The position numbers were made by a program, and so were the translations under genes. The notes below the pieces were generated by a model. It was not told the DNA's origin. It worked only from the letters and a program-made list of their open reading frames with translations, and made no database searches. This document shows, piece after piece, positions 26,836 through 41,860 of a stretch of 64,000 nt of DNA. Numbering within the stretch: the first letter of the stretch is position 1; every line of letters starts with the position of its first letter. Location: positions 6,510,001 to 6,574,000 of the forward strand of contig OX597820.1 of the NCBI GenBank assembly GCA_951406725.2, given 5' to 3'. The stretch comes from Octopus vulgaris. Taxonomy: Eukaryota.

Positions 26836-28111
26836 AAAACTACGTTCGAAGATACTGTACTTGATATGGGCGGTAGTGCCTTGCCGGTCTATGGCCTACC
26901 TTCAACAAACCGGGAAGGCACAAACACTCTGTCTTCACATTTGCTGCGTGAGACATGTTTTAATGTTGACGAGCTTGCCGAGTACATAGCCGACAATGAG
27001 CCAAAGCTCCCTCCAGAACAGAAGATATTTTTCCTGAACGCTCCTGGGGGCACTGGGAAAACTTTTCTCAACAAATTAATATTGGCTGAGATTAGGCGAA
27101 CACAAGGCATTGCCCTAGCTGTGGCATCATCTGGAATTGCGGCTACTTTGTTGCCAGGCGGCAGGACAGCTCACTCCACTTTCAAGCTTCCGCTTGACTT
27201 AGCGAAGACTGAAACACCAACTTGCAACATCAGTAACAGCTCCGATCAGGCAGAAGTCTTCAGATGATGCAAGCTTATCGTTTGGGATGAATGCACGATG
27301 GCCCACAGAGGTGCTCTTGAGGCACTAGATAGATCTCTGAGAGACATCAAACACTCTTCAGCTCCCATGGGAGGCATAACACTTCTTCTTTCAGGGGACT
27401 TCCGACAAACACTTCCCGTTATTCCCAAAGGGACTAGAACTGATGCAGTAAGTGCGTGTCTTAAGTCATCCACATTGTGGCCACTGGTGAAGACTCTCAA
27501 ACTTCACACCAACATGCGTGCTCATATGCGACGTAATATCACATCAGCAGCATTTTCTCACACCCTCCTTGCACTTGGCGAAGGCAAAATACCAGGGGAT
27601 GAAAATGGTAATATTGCCATCGATTCCATTTGTACCATTGTTAAAACGCCTTCTGACCTCAGAGATGCAGTGTTCCCAGATCTACAAGCTAATTATCCTA
27701 ATATGGATTGGATTGGCCAAAGGGCTATTCTGGCCCCGAGGAATAAAACTGTTCACCATATTAATGATGAAATGCTAAAACTCATTCCTGGAGATGTCTA
27801 TGTATATAAGTCTATCGATACAACTCCTGATCCAGAGGACGTCATCAACTATCCAATAGAGGTACTCAATTCCTTTGAGCCCCCCGGACTACCACCACAC
27901 ATTCTCAAACTTAAAGTTGGTGCCCCTATAATGCTCATTAGAAATTTGGTTCCCCCAAAACAATGCAATGGCACACGTTTGATCGTTAAGTCCTTATCTC
28001 CCACCGTAAACTTATATCAATATTTGCCTGAATAATCATCATAATTCAGTGCAATCATTAACAGTACTTTCAAGCAATTCAGCCCCGAGCATCGCCGGGC
28101 AATTCTGCTAG
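26836..28111 (+). mobile_element. Helitron fragment: PIF1-family helicase remnant plus 3' terminus
   Basis: Helicase motifs followed by hairpin gccccgagcatcgccgggc (28082-28100) and CTAG|T at 28108-28112. Confidence 0.9.
26866..28035 (+). pseudogene. Helitron RepHel PIF1-like SF1 helicase domain, disrupted
   Basis: APGGTGKT, AVASSGIAATLLPGGRTAHS, WDECTM, GDFRQTLPV, LKVGAPIMLIRNL and CNGTRL. One in-frame TGA at 27265 separates the two listed ORFs. Truncated before the final helicase motifs. Confidence 0.92.
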
Positions 28112-28179
28112 TATATATATATATATATATATATATATTAATTGATAGGGAAGACACAGCGTACTGTGAGCTTTATTTA

Positions 28180-28286
28180 GTACGACGATCGTTTCGGCTT
28201 TCAACTGCACTGCTACCTGGTGAGTGAAGAACGATATAATGGAATCGAATACAATCCACATTGCAGAAGAAACCTCATCAGGTTAC
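28180..28286 (-). ncRNA. Type I hammerhead with long stem-loop II
   Basis: Minus strand: gtaac CTGATGA ggttt...aagcc GAAAC GATC GTC gtac. Palindromic ACGATCGT; stem I imperfect. Confidence 0.65.
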
Positions 28287-28317
28287 ATAATAATACGCTA
28301 AATGTAGCGTATTATAT

Positions 28318-28421
28318 CAGGTGATGAGTCTTCTTCTGTATTGTGAAGTACATTCGGTTCCATTGTATCGTTCCCCACCCACTAGGTAGGAATGCAGATG
28401 TGAGTCGAAAAGATTGTCCTG
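28318..28421 (+). ncRNA. Degenerate hammerhead (inverted partner of 28180-28286)
   Basis: cag GTGATGA gtctt...gagtc GAAA agatt GTC ctg, with C3G and stem III damage. Confidence 0.45.
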
Positions 28422-29879
28422 CTAAATAAAGTTTACAGTACACTCTGCCTTCCCTATCACTTATTTAAAATATAATAGACGTGTCCTTATTACACCTCGA
28501 AGTAGGAATCCTTCTCGACTAATTCTCGGATTTCGAAATCTGTATACCAATTAATGCAAGAATCCTAAAAAAAAAAGATTCCTAAGATTTCACTGGACAT
28601 TTTGTCACTAAAACACGATAACACTACTACTAACTAAACTAGCGTCAAACTGCTTATTATTATACCTACTACTACTACTGCTGCTGCTGCTGATGATGAT
28701 ATAGTGGTGGTAATACTGGTTTTGCTGCTGTTGTTGGTGGTGATGTTGAAGAATTCGGCGGTGATGATGAGGATGATTATGATGATCATGATGATAAAAC
28801 AAATAGAAAAGAAGAAGAAGAAGAAGACTTAAAGAGGACAAAAATGATGAGACAAGATGAGAGAAAAAAAGCAAAGCAAAGAAATGACAAAGTATTAAAA
28901 AACCGCAAAAATCAGAAGAATTTGACGAAAGAAGATGAAGAGGTTGTAATATCGTTTTGTGAATGTCATTTTATTCCATTCAACGCATTCTTCGTCTAAA
29001 TTTCCGTAAAGTCTGCTAATACTATTGATGTATTTCAAATCGCAATAATAATAATAATAATAAAGTAGAGATTAAATTGAAAATGGGAATTAGATGGAAA
29101 ATAATGAAAAAAAAAATAGAGACAATTTCAAGAAACTAAGAAGAAATTTAAACACGAAATTTGTTGAATTGAAAAACACCAGAGCAATAGAGGAATTAGG
29201 GGAAACATTTCTCAATTCCACTTTATGACCCATTCTACGTAATTATCCATTCTTCAAATTCCAATATTTGTTGATATTTCTTCAAAAAAAATCTCTTTCT
29301 CTTTTATAAACTTTCATCTCTCTAATGATAAAAAAAAGACAACCAAAAAATTCGCACTCAATTTTATTGCTTTTGTTTCTAATTTTCGGATATTTTCTTC
29401 ATATCTTTCTCATCAAGTTTTCTTTAAAATTATATTTCGATTTCTTTGTATTTTTTTTTTTTGTATTTTATATTTCGTATTCTTGGTAGAACAGTTTTTT
29501 TTTCTCTCTCAATTGAGATATTATTTAAACATTTTGGTTTATGTTTGCTCCGTTAAACACTGAAAATGGCCTCTTCATTTTCGCCTATTGTTTCTCCGTT
29601 AATCTCTTTGAGAGATCGGTCGCTTTATTGGCAAGCACAACAACAAACACACTGGCCAGCGAATGTATATACATACATGCATATATTCATACATACAAAC
29701 ATACACACAGGCACATACAGATGTGCATATATGCATACATACATACATACATACATACATACACGGAAACGAACATAAAGGCACGAATAAATAAACTCAG
29801 TCATGTGCTTATGTATATATATATATCTTTTGGTGATTATATGTGCGTGTAAGTGCTGTCTATGTAGGTATTGCACTAT

Positions 29880-29902
29880 GTATATAAATATATATATGCA
29901 TC

Positions 29903-29973
<71 letters not shown>

Positions 29974-30357
29974 CTAAGTATATATACATATATATATGTA
30001 TATACACATATATATATATATGTATATATATATGTATCTAAGTATATATACATATATATATATATATATACATATATGTAAATATACATACATATGTATA
30101 TATATACATATATGTAAATATACATACATATGTATATATATACATACATAGATATATATATATACATATATATGTATATATATACATACATACATATATA
30201 TATACATATATATGTATATATATACATACATACATATATATATACATATATATGTATATATATACATACATACATATATATATACATATATATGTATATA
30301 TATATACATATATATACATATATATGTACATATATACATACATATATATACATATAT

Positions 30358-30388
<31 letters not shown>

Positions 30389-30425
30389 TATATGTACATA
30401 TATACATACATATATATACATATAT

Positions 30426-30456
<31 letters not shown>

Positions 30457-30469
30457 TATATGTATATAT

Positions 30470-30564
<95 letters not shown>

Positions 30565-30880
30565 TATATACATACATACATATATATATACATATATATA
30601 TATATACATACATACATACATATATATATATACATATATATATATACATACATACATATATATGTATACATATACATACATACATATGTATATATATACA
30701 TACATACATTTGTATATATATACATACATATATACATATGTATATATATATACATACATATATATGTATATATATACATACATATATATGTATATATATA
30801 CATAAATACATATATATGTATATATATGCATACCTTCATACTACATGCATACCTATGTGTGTGTGTGTGTGTGTATATAC
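29880..30880. repeat. ~1-kb compound (TA)/(TACA) microsatellite
   Basis: Direct reading. It explains the 430-aa YI ORF. Confidence 0.95.
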
Positions 30881-31589
30881 GTGCAACCACCCCGCACCCA
30901 AAAATATTTCTATACATTCATTTGTGTCTATACATTCGTGTATACGACTATATATATGTATAAGTATTCTTGTATAGACTAATATACCTACGAACAATGA
31001 TGTATTTGCGTGTAGGCGATGCATGGATGGGTTGGTGGTTGTATGGTATTGAGAGTTTAAACGAGATTTTCACAGATCCTTCAGGAACTGGGGTGGGGGA
31101 GCTTGTCTACGAGATTCTATAGAATTCGCCAATTAAATTCCAATATCGGAGACTCGTTGCATTTAAATCACTACGTAACGAAATTTAATTCAATCCTTAT
31201 GTAATTATCATTCCGTCCATTACTGTAACTTATATACGTAACGTGGACGTATATAAGTCTGAAAAATAAATAAATACATATCTATCTATCTAGCTAGCTA
31301 TGTATTTGTCAATCTGTCTTTGTCTCTGTTGCTCTATCCATCTGTTTGTTTGCCTGTCCATCTACCTACATACCTATCTATCTATCTATGTAATATACCC
31401 CTCGATCTATATTTCTGTCGCTCTATCAAATGTATAGAAGGAGTAATAATCCAAGATGTGGCTACGTGAGACACATCTACATGTTTTAGCAATCAAATGT
31501 ATGCATTTTGGTGTTTTATTCTAAAGGAATTATACGCAGCATTTGAAAATTCTGCTAAATTCTATTTGCAAAGTAATTACATACCGAAA

Positions 31590-32362
31590 TAAAAGACTGG
31601 AAATTTGGTATATCCTAAAAGTGGCGAGAAGTCTTTTCTGGAGAGAGTACTATTGGAAATTGAGAAATGTCTGCATCAGTCTCATGAAAAGGAGAGAGCA
31701 AATAAAGAAGCTTGGGTTATAGAAAATATCAAGTCAAACCCTGAAGCTTTCTTTAAGTTTGCCAAAGAAACAGCCTCAATACGCCACATGATAGGACTCC
31801 AAGTCCAGAAGATGGTTTCCTTACAGGAAACCCTATATGGATAAGTGAAATACTGAACGTGCAGATCATTACACCGCTGGGACACGGACAGGCGAACGAA
31901 CCAGCAGAATTATTTACCATTTTACCTGTAATCGAAGAGGCAAAAATTGAGTACATGAACATTGAAGGTGTAACACTCGCCATAGATGAAGTCGACACAA
32001 ACTCAGCTGCTGGCCCCGATAGATATCCAATGATCCTTCTCAAATCATGCAAGCGAGCCCTTGCAAAACCATTGCAGCTTCTTTTTCAGAGCTCCCTTGG
32101 AAGCGGTAAGCTCCCAGACAGACTGAAGGAAGGGATAATATGCCCTTTCTATAATGGAGGAATCAGAGCAGACGCTAAAAATTATAGGTGGAAAACTTGA
32201 AAGAGTGGCTGCATGACTTTCTAAAAGAAAGACGTCAGGCAGTGGTGCCAGTGAAGCCACCTCTACGGAAGCACAAATAGCAAGTGGAGTTCCACTATCT
32301 TGGGGCCACTGCTATTGACAGTGGTCCTCTCAGACAAGCTCTCAGCTGCTCAGATAGCCACA

Positions 32363-32402
<40 letters not shown>

Positions 32403-33390
32403 CGATGGGCTTCTTTCAGTTTCCGTCTACATAATCCACTCACAAGGCTTTGATCGACCCTATGCAGATGGCACAAAAGCCTCTCAGACAATACAAAATC
32501 CTGGAAATCTGCACGTCTACAACGGTCGTTGGATGCAATACAGAGGTGGACTAAGTACAACAAATCGCAGTTTAATGCAGGAAAATTCCAGACCCTCCGC
32601 TACCAGCACACAAAGCTAAACGACATGCAGACAGGATACACAGGCCCAGGAGAAACTGAAATCCTCGAATCAAAATCAGTGCATGACCTGGGCATTGACA
32701 TGAGCAATGATTCATCTTTCCAATTACATATTGCCAATTTGGTAATAAAATGCAGACGGCTGGCTCCTCTGAAATTTCAAAACGAGTGAAAAGGAGATAT
32801 TAATGATCCTTTGGAGAACATATTTCCTCAGCCGCTTGGACCACTGCTCCCAGCTATGGTCATCACACAATATAAAATTGACGGTGGAAATCGAAGCAAT
32901 CCAATGAAGCTACACTAAGAAAATCGTCTCGATGCAACATGGTAAAGACTTAAAGACTTAAAACTCTGCTCGTTGGAACGACGGCGGGAGAGATATGCAG
33001 TGATATACATCTGGAAAATCCTACAAGGCCATGTACCAAACTTTGGCATTGAAAGTTATTCAAACTGCAGAACGGGGCGCCACTGCCTAGTGCCAAGAAT
33101 CCCAGCATCGCCATCAAAATACAGAACCAGATACTGCAACAGCTTGGACTTCAAGGTCTTACAGCTCTTCAATATCCTTCCAAAATGCTTGAGAGACCTG
33201 CGTGGTGTGGATGTGTCTGTAAAACAACACTGTCAAGTGTTCCAGATGAGCAGGAAACACAGATGAGGGTAGCGGCAGCAAACTCCCTTATTGACCAAAT
33301 GCCACATATCAGAGGAGGTTTCAAATAATGGTGTATCTCATTCAACAGTGGTGCTCCAGTATGACCGCAGCTTTGCAGCTGAAACATTAA
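31590..33390 (+). mobile_element. Decayed CR1-like LINE, internally deleted and interrupted
   Basis: IKSNPEAFFKFAK, AAGPDRYPMILLK, YADGTK, FNAGKFQ and LERRRERYAVIYIWKIL. A microsatellite and family B SINE piece sit at ~32362-32460. Tail cagctttgcagctgaaac. Confidence 0.9.
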
Positions 33391-33439
33391 AAAAATTTTA
33401 AAGATTTATCGATTTTACATATATATATGTGTATACATA

Positions 33440-33720
33440 CAGGCGCGTGGCCTACTGGTTATGGCATTCGGCTCACCAATGTAAGGTTGGGAATTCAATT
33501 TCCGGCGACGCGTTGTGTTCTTGAGCAAGACACTTTATTTCACGTTGCTCCAGTCCATGCAGCTGGCAAAAATCATTAGTACCTGTATTTCAAAGGGCCA
33601 GCCTTGTCACACTCTGTGTCAGGCTGATTTGCTTGAGGACTACCTTAAGGGTGCATGTGTCTGTGGAGTGCTCAGCCACTTCCCAATCAGTCATTTCACT
33701 CTCGGGACATCAGCCCTTTT
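33440..33720 (+). mobile_element. Diverged tRNA-SINE sharing its body with 62180-62320
   Basis: Head ggcgcgtggcctactggtta; body gtacctgtatttcaaagggcc...gtgtctgtggagtgctcagccact. Confidence 0.8.
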
Positions 33721-34369
33721 CCTTTCCTCGCGATAGCCAGCTCTATTTAAAACATCAGACCCTCTCTACAAAAAGGCAGAGACCCACCACTCTTTTCTAA
33801 ATCTCGATTTTATATTCGTGAAATTTTTTCATCCTCATGTAACAAGTTTCAATCTTAGCATTCTCTCAACGTTTTGTGGAACTGTTGGAGTGTTAAACAG
33901 TGTAGAAAACTCCGTCAGCATATCAGAGTCAGTTTCTCTTTCCATGACTGCTTTCTCTGCAAGTAAGTGAGAAGACTGATGTTAGAAAACCTTGCTCAAT
34001 ATCACATCACTTTATCAACTCAGCGGCTACAATTTCTCGTTGGTTTGACCAGCACAAATATCATATTCGGTATGTACAACATCTGTAAACACTGACTTCA
34101 CCACACTAAAACATGGCCGTCAGCTATTTTCGTTGGAATACTTCAAACAACATTGTCTGGCAATGAAGTATAATAACAATGTTTGTTAGGCATCAACACA
34201 CTGGAATTTAGAGAAGATATTCCTTGGACCGTTTGTCTAAAATATCAAGTGTTTACATGGAAACCCAGTATTAATCAAGATGCTACGTGACTTCATTCAA
34301 TTCGCAGTAAATAGACTTTTCTAAACACCATTGTTCATTGTTGCGTTAACTCCATACATTTATGTGTGC

Positions 34370-34392
34370 GTATATATATATATATACATACG

Positions 34393-34432
<40 letters not shown>

Positions 34433-34906
34433 CATGTATACATATATATATATATATATATTATATATATACATGTATACATATATATATATATATATAC
34501 ATGTATACATATATATATATACATGTATACATATATATATATATACATGTATACATATATATATATATACATGTATACATATATATATACATACATGTAT
34601 ACATATATATATATGTATATATGTATACATATGTATATATATTTATATATATACATGTATACATATATATATGTATACATGTATACATATGTATATATAT
34701 ATTTATATATATACATGTATACATATATATATATTTATATATATATACATGTATACATAAATATATATGTATACATATATATATATGTATACATATGTAT
34801 ATTTATGTATGTATATATATATATATGTATGTATACATATGTATATTTATGTATGTATATATGTATATATATATATGTAGATATATGTACTCATATATAT
34901 TTATAA

Positions 34907-34954
<48 letters not shown>

Positions 34955-34955
34955 G
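34370..34955. repeat. Compound (TA)n/(TACATG) microsatellite
   Basis: Direct reading. Confidence 0.95.
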
Positions 34956-35062
34956 TATGTGTGTATGCCTCAATGTATGTACGTATGAATATATGCGTGT
35001 GTGTACATGTGAGTGAATACCAGTGAATAAATGTATGTATAGCTGTCACTAGACATGCATGC

Positions 35063-35103
<41 letters not shown>

Positions 35104-35951
35104 ACTCCCGATGTATACGTTATGTATACATACACTCACAAGCACACACACACACACACACACACATGCTCATATATATTTACAGGTGTGTGCAAGGATA
35201 TATACATGCTTACGCATATACATATCTACATGTATACACACACACATGTACAGAATCGCGCGTGCGCACACGTACGTACCCATATGTATGTACATCAGGT
35301 CAGGTTTTCTAGTTTACTTTTCTAAAATCTAACCGAAGTCAAATTTACTAAGAATTTAACGACATATTAAAACGAACGAATATATTTTAATTCAACACGC
35401 GCATAACTTAATTAAGTCAATTTATCATAAGTAAAAGAAAGCATTTTAATTATTTTGGTCGTTGCGCCTACAAGACGGACCAAGGGATCATACAGTTTCC
35501 CAGTCGTATAAAAGGCTAGGGATACAGATGTCGTTTAAATTACGTTTAGAATATGGCAACAGGTCCTTACGAGAAAAATAAGAGGAAGAAAGTGATTCTG
35601 TGTCTGCCCTTCCGGTAATATTTTCTGAATCTATCATCTATGTAAAATTGATCGGTTACTAACCTAGAAACAAGGTCTTTTCATTGGGATCCAGACTCCA
35701 TCAGCTTGGTAACCATACATCTGCATGAATATGGTTTTGAGATTTCGCACCAGACCAGCAATTCCAATGGAGGGGTTAAGCCGAAAGCATCGACCTCCAG
35801 TGCTCAAATGGGATATATTTTATCAACACCGAAAAAATAAAAGCTACTTCGAACTCGATTGTAAAGTGCCGGAGTAAACACCGCTAATCACTTTGTCCGA
35901 CGGGTTATGGATTGTGCCAGCACGCTCCCTTATACATGTAATTATGTATTA

Positions 35952-36229
35952 TTTTATTCCTTTATTTGTTTCAGTCATTTGACAGCGGCCATGCTGGAGC
36001 ACCACCTTGAAGGATTTACTGGGGTAGAAAACATCTACCCCAGGACTTATATTTTAAACCCAGAACTTATTCTATCGGTCTCTTTTGCCGGACCGTTAAT
36101 TTACGGAGATGTAGACACAACACCAGTTGTCAGATAGTGATGGGAGTGTACACAGACACAGTCTCAAAGACATACCTACACACACACACACGCCTGACAC
36201 ACACACACACACACATCCACATGTATATT

Positions 36230-36297
<68 letters not shown>

Positions 36298-36480
36298 CAT
36301 ATACACGATAGGCTTCTTTCAGTTTCCGTCTACCAAATCAAGTCACAAGGTTTTCCGTCTACCAAATCAACTCACAATGCTATAATAGAATATACTTGCC
36401 CAAGATGCCACGCACTGGGACCGAATCCGGAACCATGTGTTTGGGAAGCAAGCTTCTTACCACACGACCATGCTCGGCCA
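35952..36480 (-). mobile_element. Family B SINE, diverged
   Basis: Matches 9810-10216 throughout (tttcagtcatttgac..gcggccatgctggagcacc; ttgcccaagatgccacgca). Confidence 0.85.
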
Positions 36481-37550
36481 TGTATGTATATATGTATGCT
36501 GGATGCATGAATGTACTTATATGTGTGTGCATGGTGCTATGCATATATTCATGAAAGCATACGGGCATCAACGAATGCATGTATGTGTATGTATTTTCTC
36601 GATTTATGCTTGCGAATTTGTCACCAAATGGCAAATAATCAGTCTCTCGCCTAGAAACAAATCTACGTCATTAGAATTTCCAAAGTTAGTCTTCTGTTTA
36701 CTTTGGAATATATTTTAAGATTTCTTTCTTTGCAGAATTCAAAATGTAGACTCTAACAAGGGTGAGGACAGCTCAAGGAGTTTGAGTCAACCTGGATTGA
36801 TTGATGCATGCACGTATACTTGTGTACGTGTGTACGTGTGTACGTGCAGATAAAGTTGCCCGCTAGGGGGTGCGTGTCTCAACGGAATACAAGTTTGTGT
36901 TTCATCACTATTTATCTGCAAAAGTTGAAACTATATTTAATTGAGTGTCAATATGTCTTCGCTAGAACACTCAAATCGAGAAGCCCTACAATATTTTACA
37001 AATCCTCTGTTTCGCTGATCGCTGAAGAATACGAATTAGTCTGTTCTGTTTCATTTTAGAGAACCAAAGCATGGCTACAGTTTCATGCAGATCTCTTGTT
37101 GTGTAACCCAATGCACCTACAATAACATAAAGAAATGAAAATTGAAAATCTAAACCCTTGGCATAATATCTGTAGGCTTCTCATCATTTTTCCATAGATG
37201 AGCATTTATCCAATTTTTGATGAGATATTCACATCCACTGAGCATCTGATCTCTAAAACGGTGCACAACTCCTGCTTCTTCACCCCAACCCATCTTTCTT
37301 AGCTGGCATTTTGTACTTTTACTGGGTTGCTGCTTTTATTAAAATGTTCCACCTTTCTTTAAATTTAGTAGTGTCGTGGTGCCTCAGAACATTGCATTGT
37401 AAACCCTCTTGCAGACAATGCCATATCTCTGCAGTGAACAGATCGTGAACTGCGTATGGAAGCATGAATATATGGATGTGTGTGCGTATGAAAGCATGCA
37501 TTTATAGATGTATGTTTATATGCATGTCTATCCGTTTGCATTTAAGTGCT

Positions 37551-37770
37551 TATTTCTTTACTGCACAGAAGGGGCTACACACAAAGGGGACAAACTAGGA
37601 CAGACAAACGGATTAAGTCGATTATATTGACCCCAGTGCGTAACTGGTACTTATTTAATCGACCCTGAAAGGATGAAAGGCAAAGTCAACCTCGGTGGGA
37701 TTTGAACTCAGAACGTAACGGCAGACGAAATGCCGCTAGACATTTCGCCCGGCGTGCTAACGTTTCTGCC
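37551..37770 (-). mobile_element. Family C SINE
   Basis: Reverse-complement match to 23952-24169. Confidence 0.88.
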
Positions 37771-39087
37771 TTACATAACTGTGGACATAACTTCATGTCC
37801 ACATCTACACATCTGGATGTGCATGTGCCCAGGTAGACATGGCTGCACACATAATTGCCATTCAATAAATAGGTCTAATTAAATCCAAATCTCCTTGACT
37901 GCCTTACACAGAGCTTTTGATAGCTTTTAGGTGTTACCTTTTGATTATGACGTGTTATAGATGTATGTTATCCATGAATGAGAGAAGATCGGGATGGTCA
38001 TGGTAGGAAATATGGTTGACTAAATAGCAAAAGCAACATCACACGATCTGGTTTTACGTTGGTTTTTCGTATTTCAGTCGTGTAGTTCATTGGCCAAACC
38101 ATCGCTAGTTTTCTATGATTCAAGAAATGTAATTATCATTTTACAATTAGTACAATTCGAGATTTAAACGAGATTCTAGAAGTTCACTGTTACTGTGTAG
38201 TAATGTGGTCTACATGTTAAAAAAAACAAGAAAGTATTTGTGCTTAAGTTTATTTGCAATTGCCGGGACCGTGTTTTGTTTGCATGTACATAATCTTGGG
38301 AGAGAGTCTTCTACAACAGCTCCTATTCGGCAAAGCTTAACATAAAATGAATTCATGCTTGTTTCATACCCAACAAAGGTAGGCACTCCATCGCCTATTT
38401 TAACCGATAGCCTATTGGCTGTTTTTATCCGCACTGACTGTGTTTCAAGAATTCAGACCGAAACCATACACCGTAGGAAGCAAGGTATATATCTCACTTT
38501 CTCCAAGAATTTTGGATGAACCAAACAATAACCATAAAAGCTGTACCCACCCACGCCCTAAGATATAAAAAAAAAAGCCGTGATTTAAATAAATGGATTT
38601 TAGCAGAGACTTTACTAAACAACACACCGTATTCTTGAAAACTATACTGATAACATTTTATACTAGAATTTTATCATTTACTCTTTACTTCTCGCCGAAA
38701 AGAAAAATTGCAGAAAGAAATAAAATCTACATGGTGAAGATTTTGATTCATAGCAGAATTCAGATAAATTTATTGTCGATAAATAACATATTTCTAACAT
38801 TATTGCGACCAGCTGAGTATTTTATTAAACCCAACTAACAGAGACATTCAGCTGTTCACAATTTTCTTCCGAGGTTTTCTTCTTCCTCGTCTTTTCTGTA
38901 TTTTTCTCCATTTTGGCAGCACCAATATAAATAACGATTTGACATCATAATTCCACATCGATCATTTCTAATGGAGATGCAAATATGTAGTGTTTCATTG
39001 GAATAAGTTTATGTTGGCGGTATATGTCTTGTTTATCATTGCGCTGACACACATACATTCATTCCGTGAATTCTCCCTATATATATA

Positions 39088-39134
<47 letters not shown>

Positions 39135-39242
39135 TAAACACGTATATATACAAATATAACATACCATACATACATGTGTATGCATGTATATATATATATA
39201 TATAAAAACACATATATACAAATATAATATATCATACATACA

Positions 39243-39283
<41 letters not shown>

Positions 39284-39317
39284 ACGTATATATACAAATA
39301 TAATATACCATACATAC

Positions 39318-39364
<47 letters not shown>

Positions 39365-39508
39365 AGTAGTTGAATGAATTATCTTATCAAGGGTAATTCG
39401 GTTAACCGATACCTGGGTAGCAAATTCACGTCAGAAAAACACGGTTGAAGCTACATGCCTAGGGCAGAGATCACGTGCTTTCGTGTGGGAATTTGTGTGT
39501 TTTTTATT

Positions 39509-39546
<38 letters not shown>

Positions 39547-39574
39547 AACACGTATATATACAAATATAATATAC

Positions 39575-39613
<39 letters not shown>

Positions 39614-40046
39614 ATAATACTATATACATATTCGAGGAGATGAGGAGTAGAGAAAGTAGATGTATGGAGTTATGGCGATTGACACAGGTGAAAATGCGTG
39701 AATGTGGAGATGATGAAGAGACGTGTTTTTCGGTGTCGCGTGACTGATGCGTAATCATTGGCCTCGATATCTATGACTTAGCCTTGTGGGTGTTCGTTAA
39801 AGAAACCTTTCGGGGCGGAGCACGGAGAAAGTAGGGTGAGACAGAAAATAGGAGAGAACTGAATGAGGAAGATGATAAAGGAGGAGGAGGACAAAGAAGA
39901 AGAAGAAGAAGAAGAAGAAGAGAGAATGAAGACATTGATGACAAGGATAGTGATAAGACCGACAAAAGATAGAAATGTTATTGAGAAAACGGTCTAAATA
40001 CAAAATTCTGTTAAAAATATATTCTATCTATGAGTGTGTGTGTATA

Positions 40047-40087
<41 letters not shown>

Positions 40088-40567
40088 ATGTATATACACA
40101 TATACATACGTGTATATGTGTGTGGAGGGGACAGTGATCAAAATGGATGATATTCGTTGCACATATAATATATTGCCAAATATTCCAAGGTTAAGTATAT
40201 ACAAGCAGTCTAACAATACAGTAACTAGTGTATGTGTGTGTGTATATATATATATATATATGTATGCATGTTTGTGTGTGTGTATATATATGTATATGTG
40301 TGCGTGTCAGTGTGTGTGCGCATCTGTACCTGCGTCTGCGAGTATGTGTATATATATATATATACACACAAATACATACATACATACACACGTACAAAAA
40401 CGAATGTCTCACCTCTTTCTGGCTTTATATATGTATAAAATAATAATAATAATAATAATAATGAGCATAGTGATAAGAATATCTAAATGGCAAATATACA
40501 GCAAAATCCGACATTTGATATTGCTTCGCTATATCCTCATCTATTTTCAAAAACATTATCCGGTGAA

Positions 40568-40611
<44 letters not shown>

Positions 40612-40640
40612 CTACAGGCATACATAATGTAGACGTGTAT

Positions 40641-40688
<48 letters not shown>

Positions 40689-41659
40689 TGAATTTTTTAT
40701 GTTAGTTTTACTATTTTTTTTTCTAATTCTTTGTTTCGAAGGTTTTTCTTCCACAATTTCCACCTCCCTAACTTCTGTCTATACGAACGTCAATTAATCC
40801 TCATGCTATTGTAATCCAATGGGAAATTTCTTCCCAATGGCAACTGTCCAAGACATTGGAAGCATTGTCCGTTTTTACAACATTATTAGCTTGTCACTAG
40901 ACTTTGACAACGCTATTCTAGAGATTTCAATAGAAAATTATTCAGGAATGACCAGCTAACTCCTCAGTTTTCCATCTACAGGAAAACAAGCAAGCTTTCT
41001 CGCCGTATTAAAAACCGTATCCTATAATCGATCTATCATTTTTACAATTAACTGCTTAAGAAAATACAATGATAATAATAATAATAATAATAATAATGAT
41101 AATAGTTTTTTTTTTCTTTATTCGCCGCAAGGACTCGAAGCAAGGAACTTTTAATGGGGGTTAAAATGTAAACTAGGAGTGCGTAATAAAAAACACCTTT
41201 ATAAATTTAGAAAATGACGTTTCGCAACATAAGGTAAACGTATAAAGTATTTGGAAGATGCGTGCACACATACACATATATATATATAAATTTATCTCCA
41301 CACGTGCGTATACATCTACCAACTTGTATATATTTGCGAACATGACCCTATATATAGATACATATTCGTTGACTTTTGCATACACACTTCACTGCTTTGG
41401 AATAAATAAAAATCATCATAAAATATGCAATAATTACAATTTAAGTAAAAGTGAAAGCCATATAACGACGGATCCTCAGGTGCGATTTCCAGAACAATAT
41501 GGTACCAGCTCGAAAGGTAATATGGCAACGCAGACAAGCAACTCGTTCAATAAATAAACGGACATTCAACTCTTCCAATAAAGAAACGGAAATCTACCGG
41601 AGTACTTTGTGTCCGAAGCTTTAACAATTTTACCAGCTCGACGCCTTAATAATCTGTTC

Positions 41660-41860
41660 TTCGCTAGGCACAAGACCTGAAATTTGGCGGAAGAGGATGA
41701 TCGATAACATCGACTCCAGTACTCAGTTAGTACCTTGTTTTGTTCGACCCCGAAAGGATGAGAGGCAAAGTCGACTGCTGCGGAATTTGAGTTCAGCAGA
41801 TGAAGAAGCAAGAAATAAGGCCAAGCATTCCGCCCGGCGTGCTTACGATGCCGCCAGCGT
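41660..41860 (-). mobile_element. Diverged family C SINE
   Basis: cgaccccgaaaggatga..gcaaagtcgac..ggaatttga..gcattccgcccggcgtgct. Confidence 0.7.

Larger units (their letters stand above)
28139..28463. repeat. Diverged inverted pair of HHR-bearing units around a central hairpin
   Basis: tgatagggaag (28143) pairs with cttccctatca (28449). Centre ataatacgcta-aatg-tagcgtattat. Confidence 0.8.

Noticed and set aside
29625-30977. Long ORFs (up to 430 aa) rich in Y/I/M/H/T, here and at 18.0-18.8, 34.3-35.0, 39.9-40.7, 52.7-53.4 and 59.2-59.7 kb
   Set aside because: They are translations of TA/CA/TATG microsatellites, which lack stop codons. There is no protein-like complexity.
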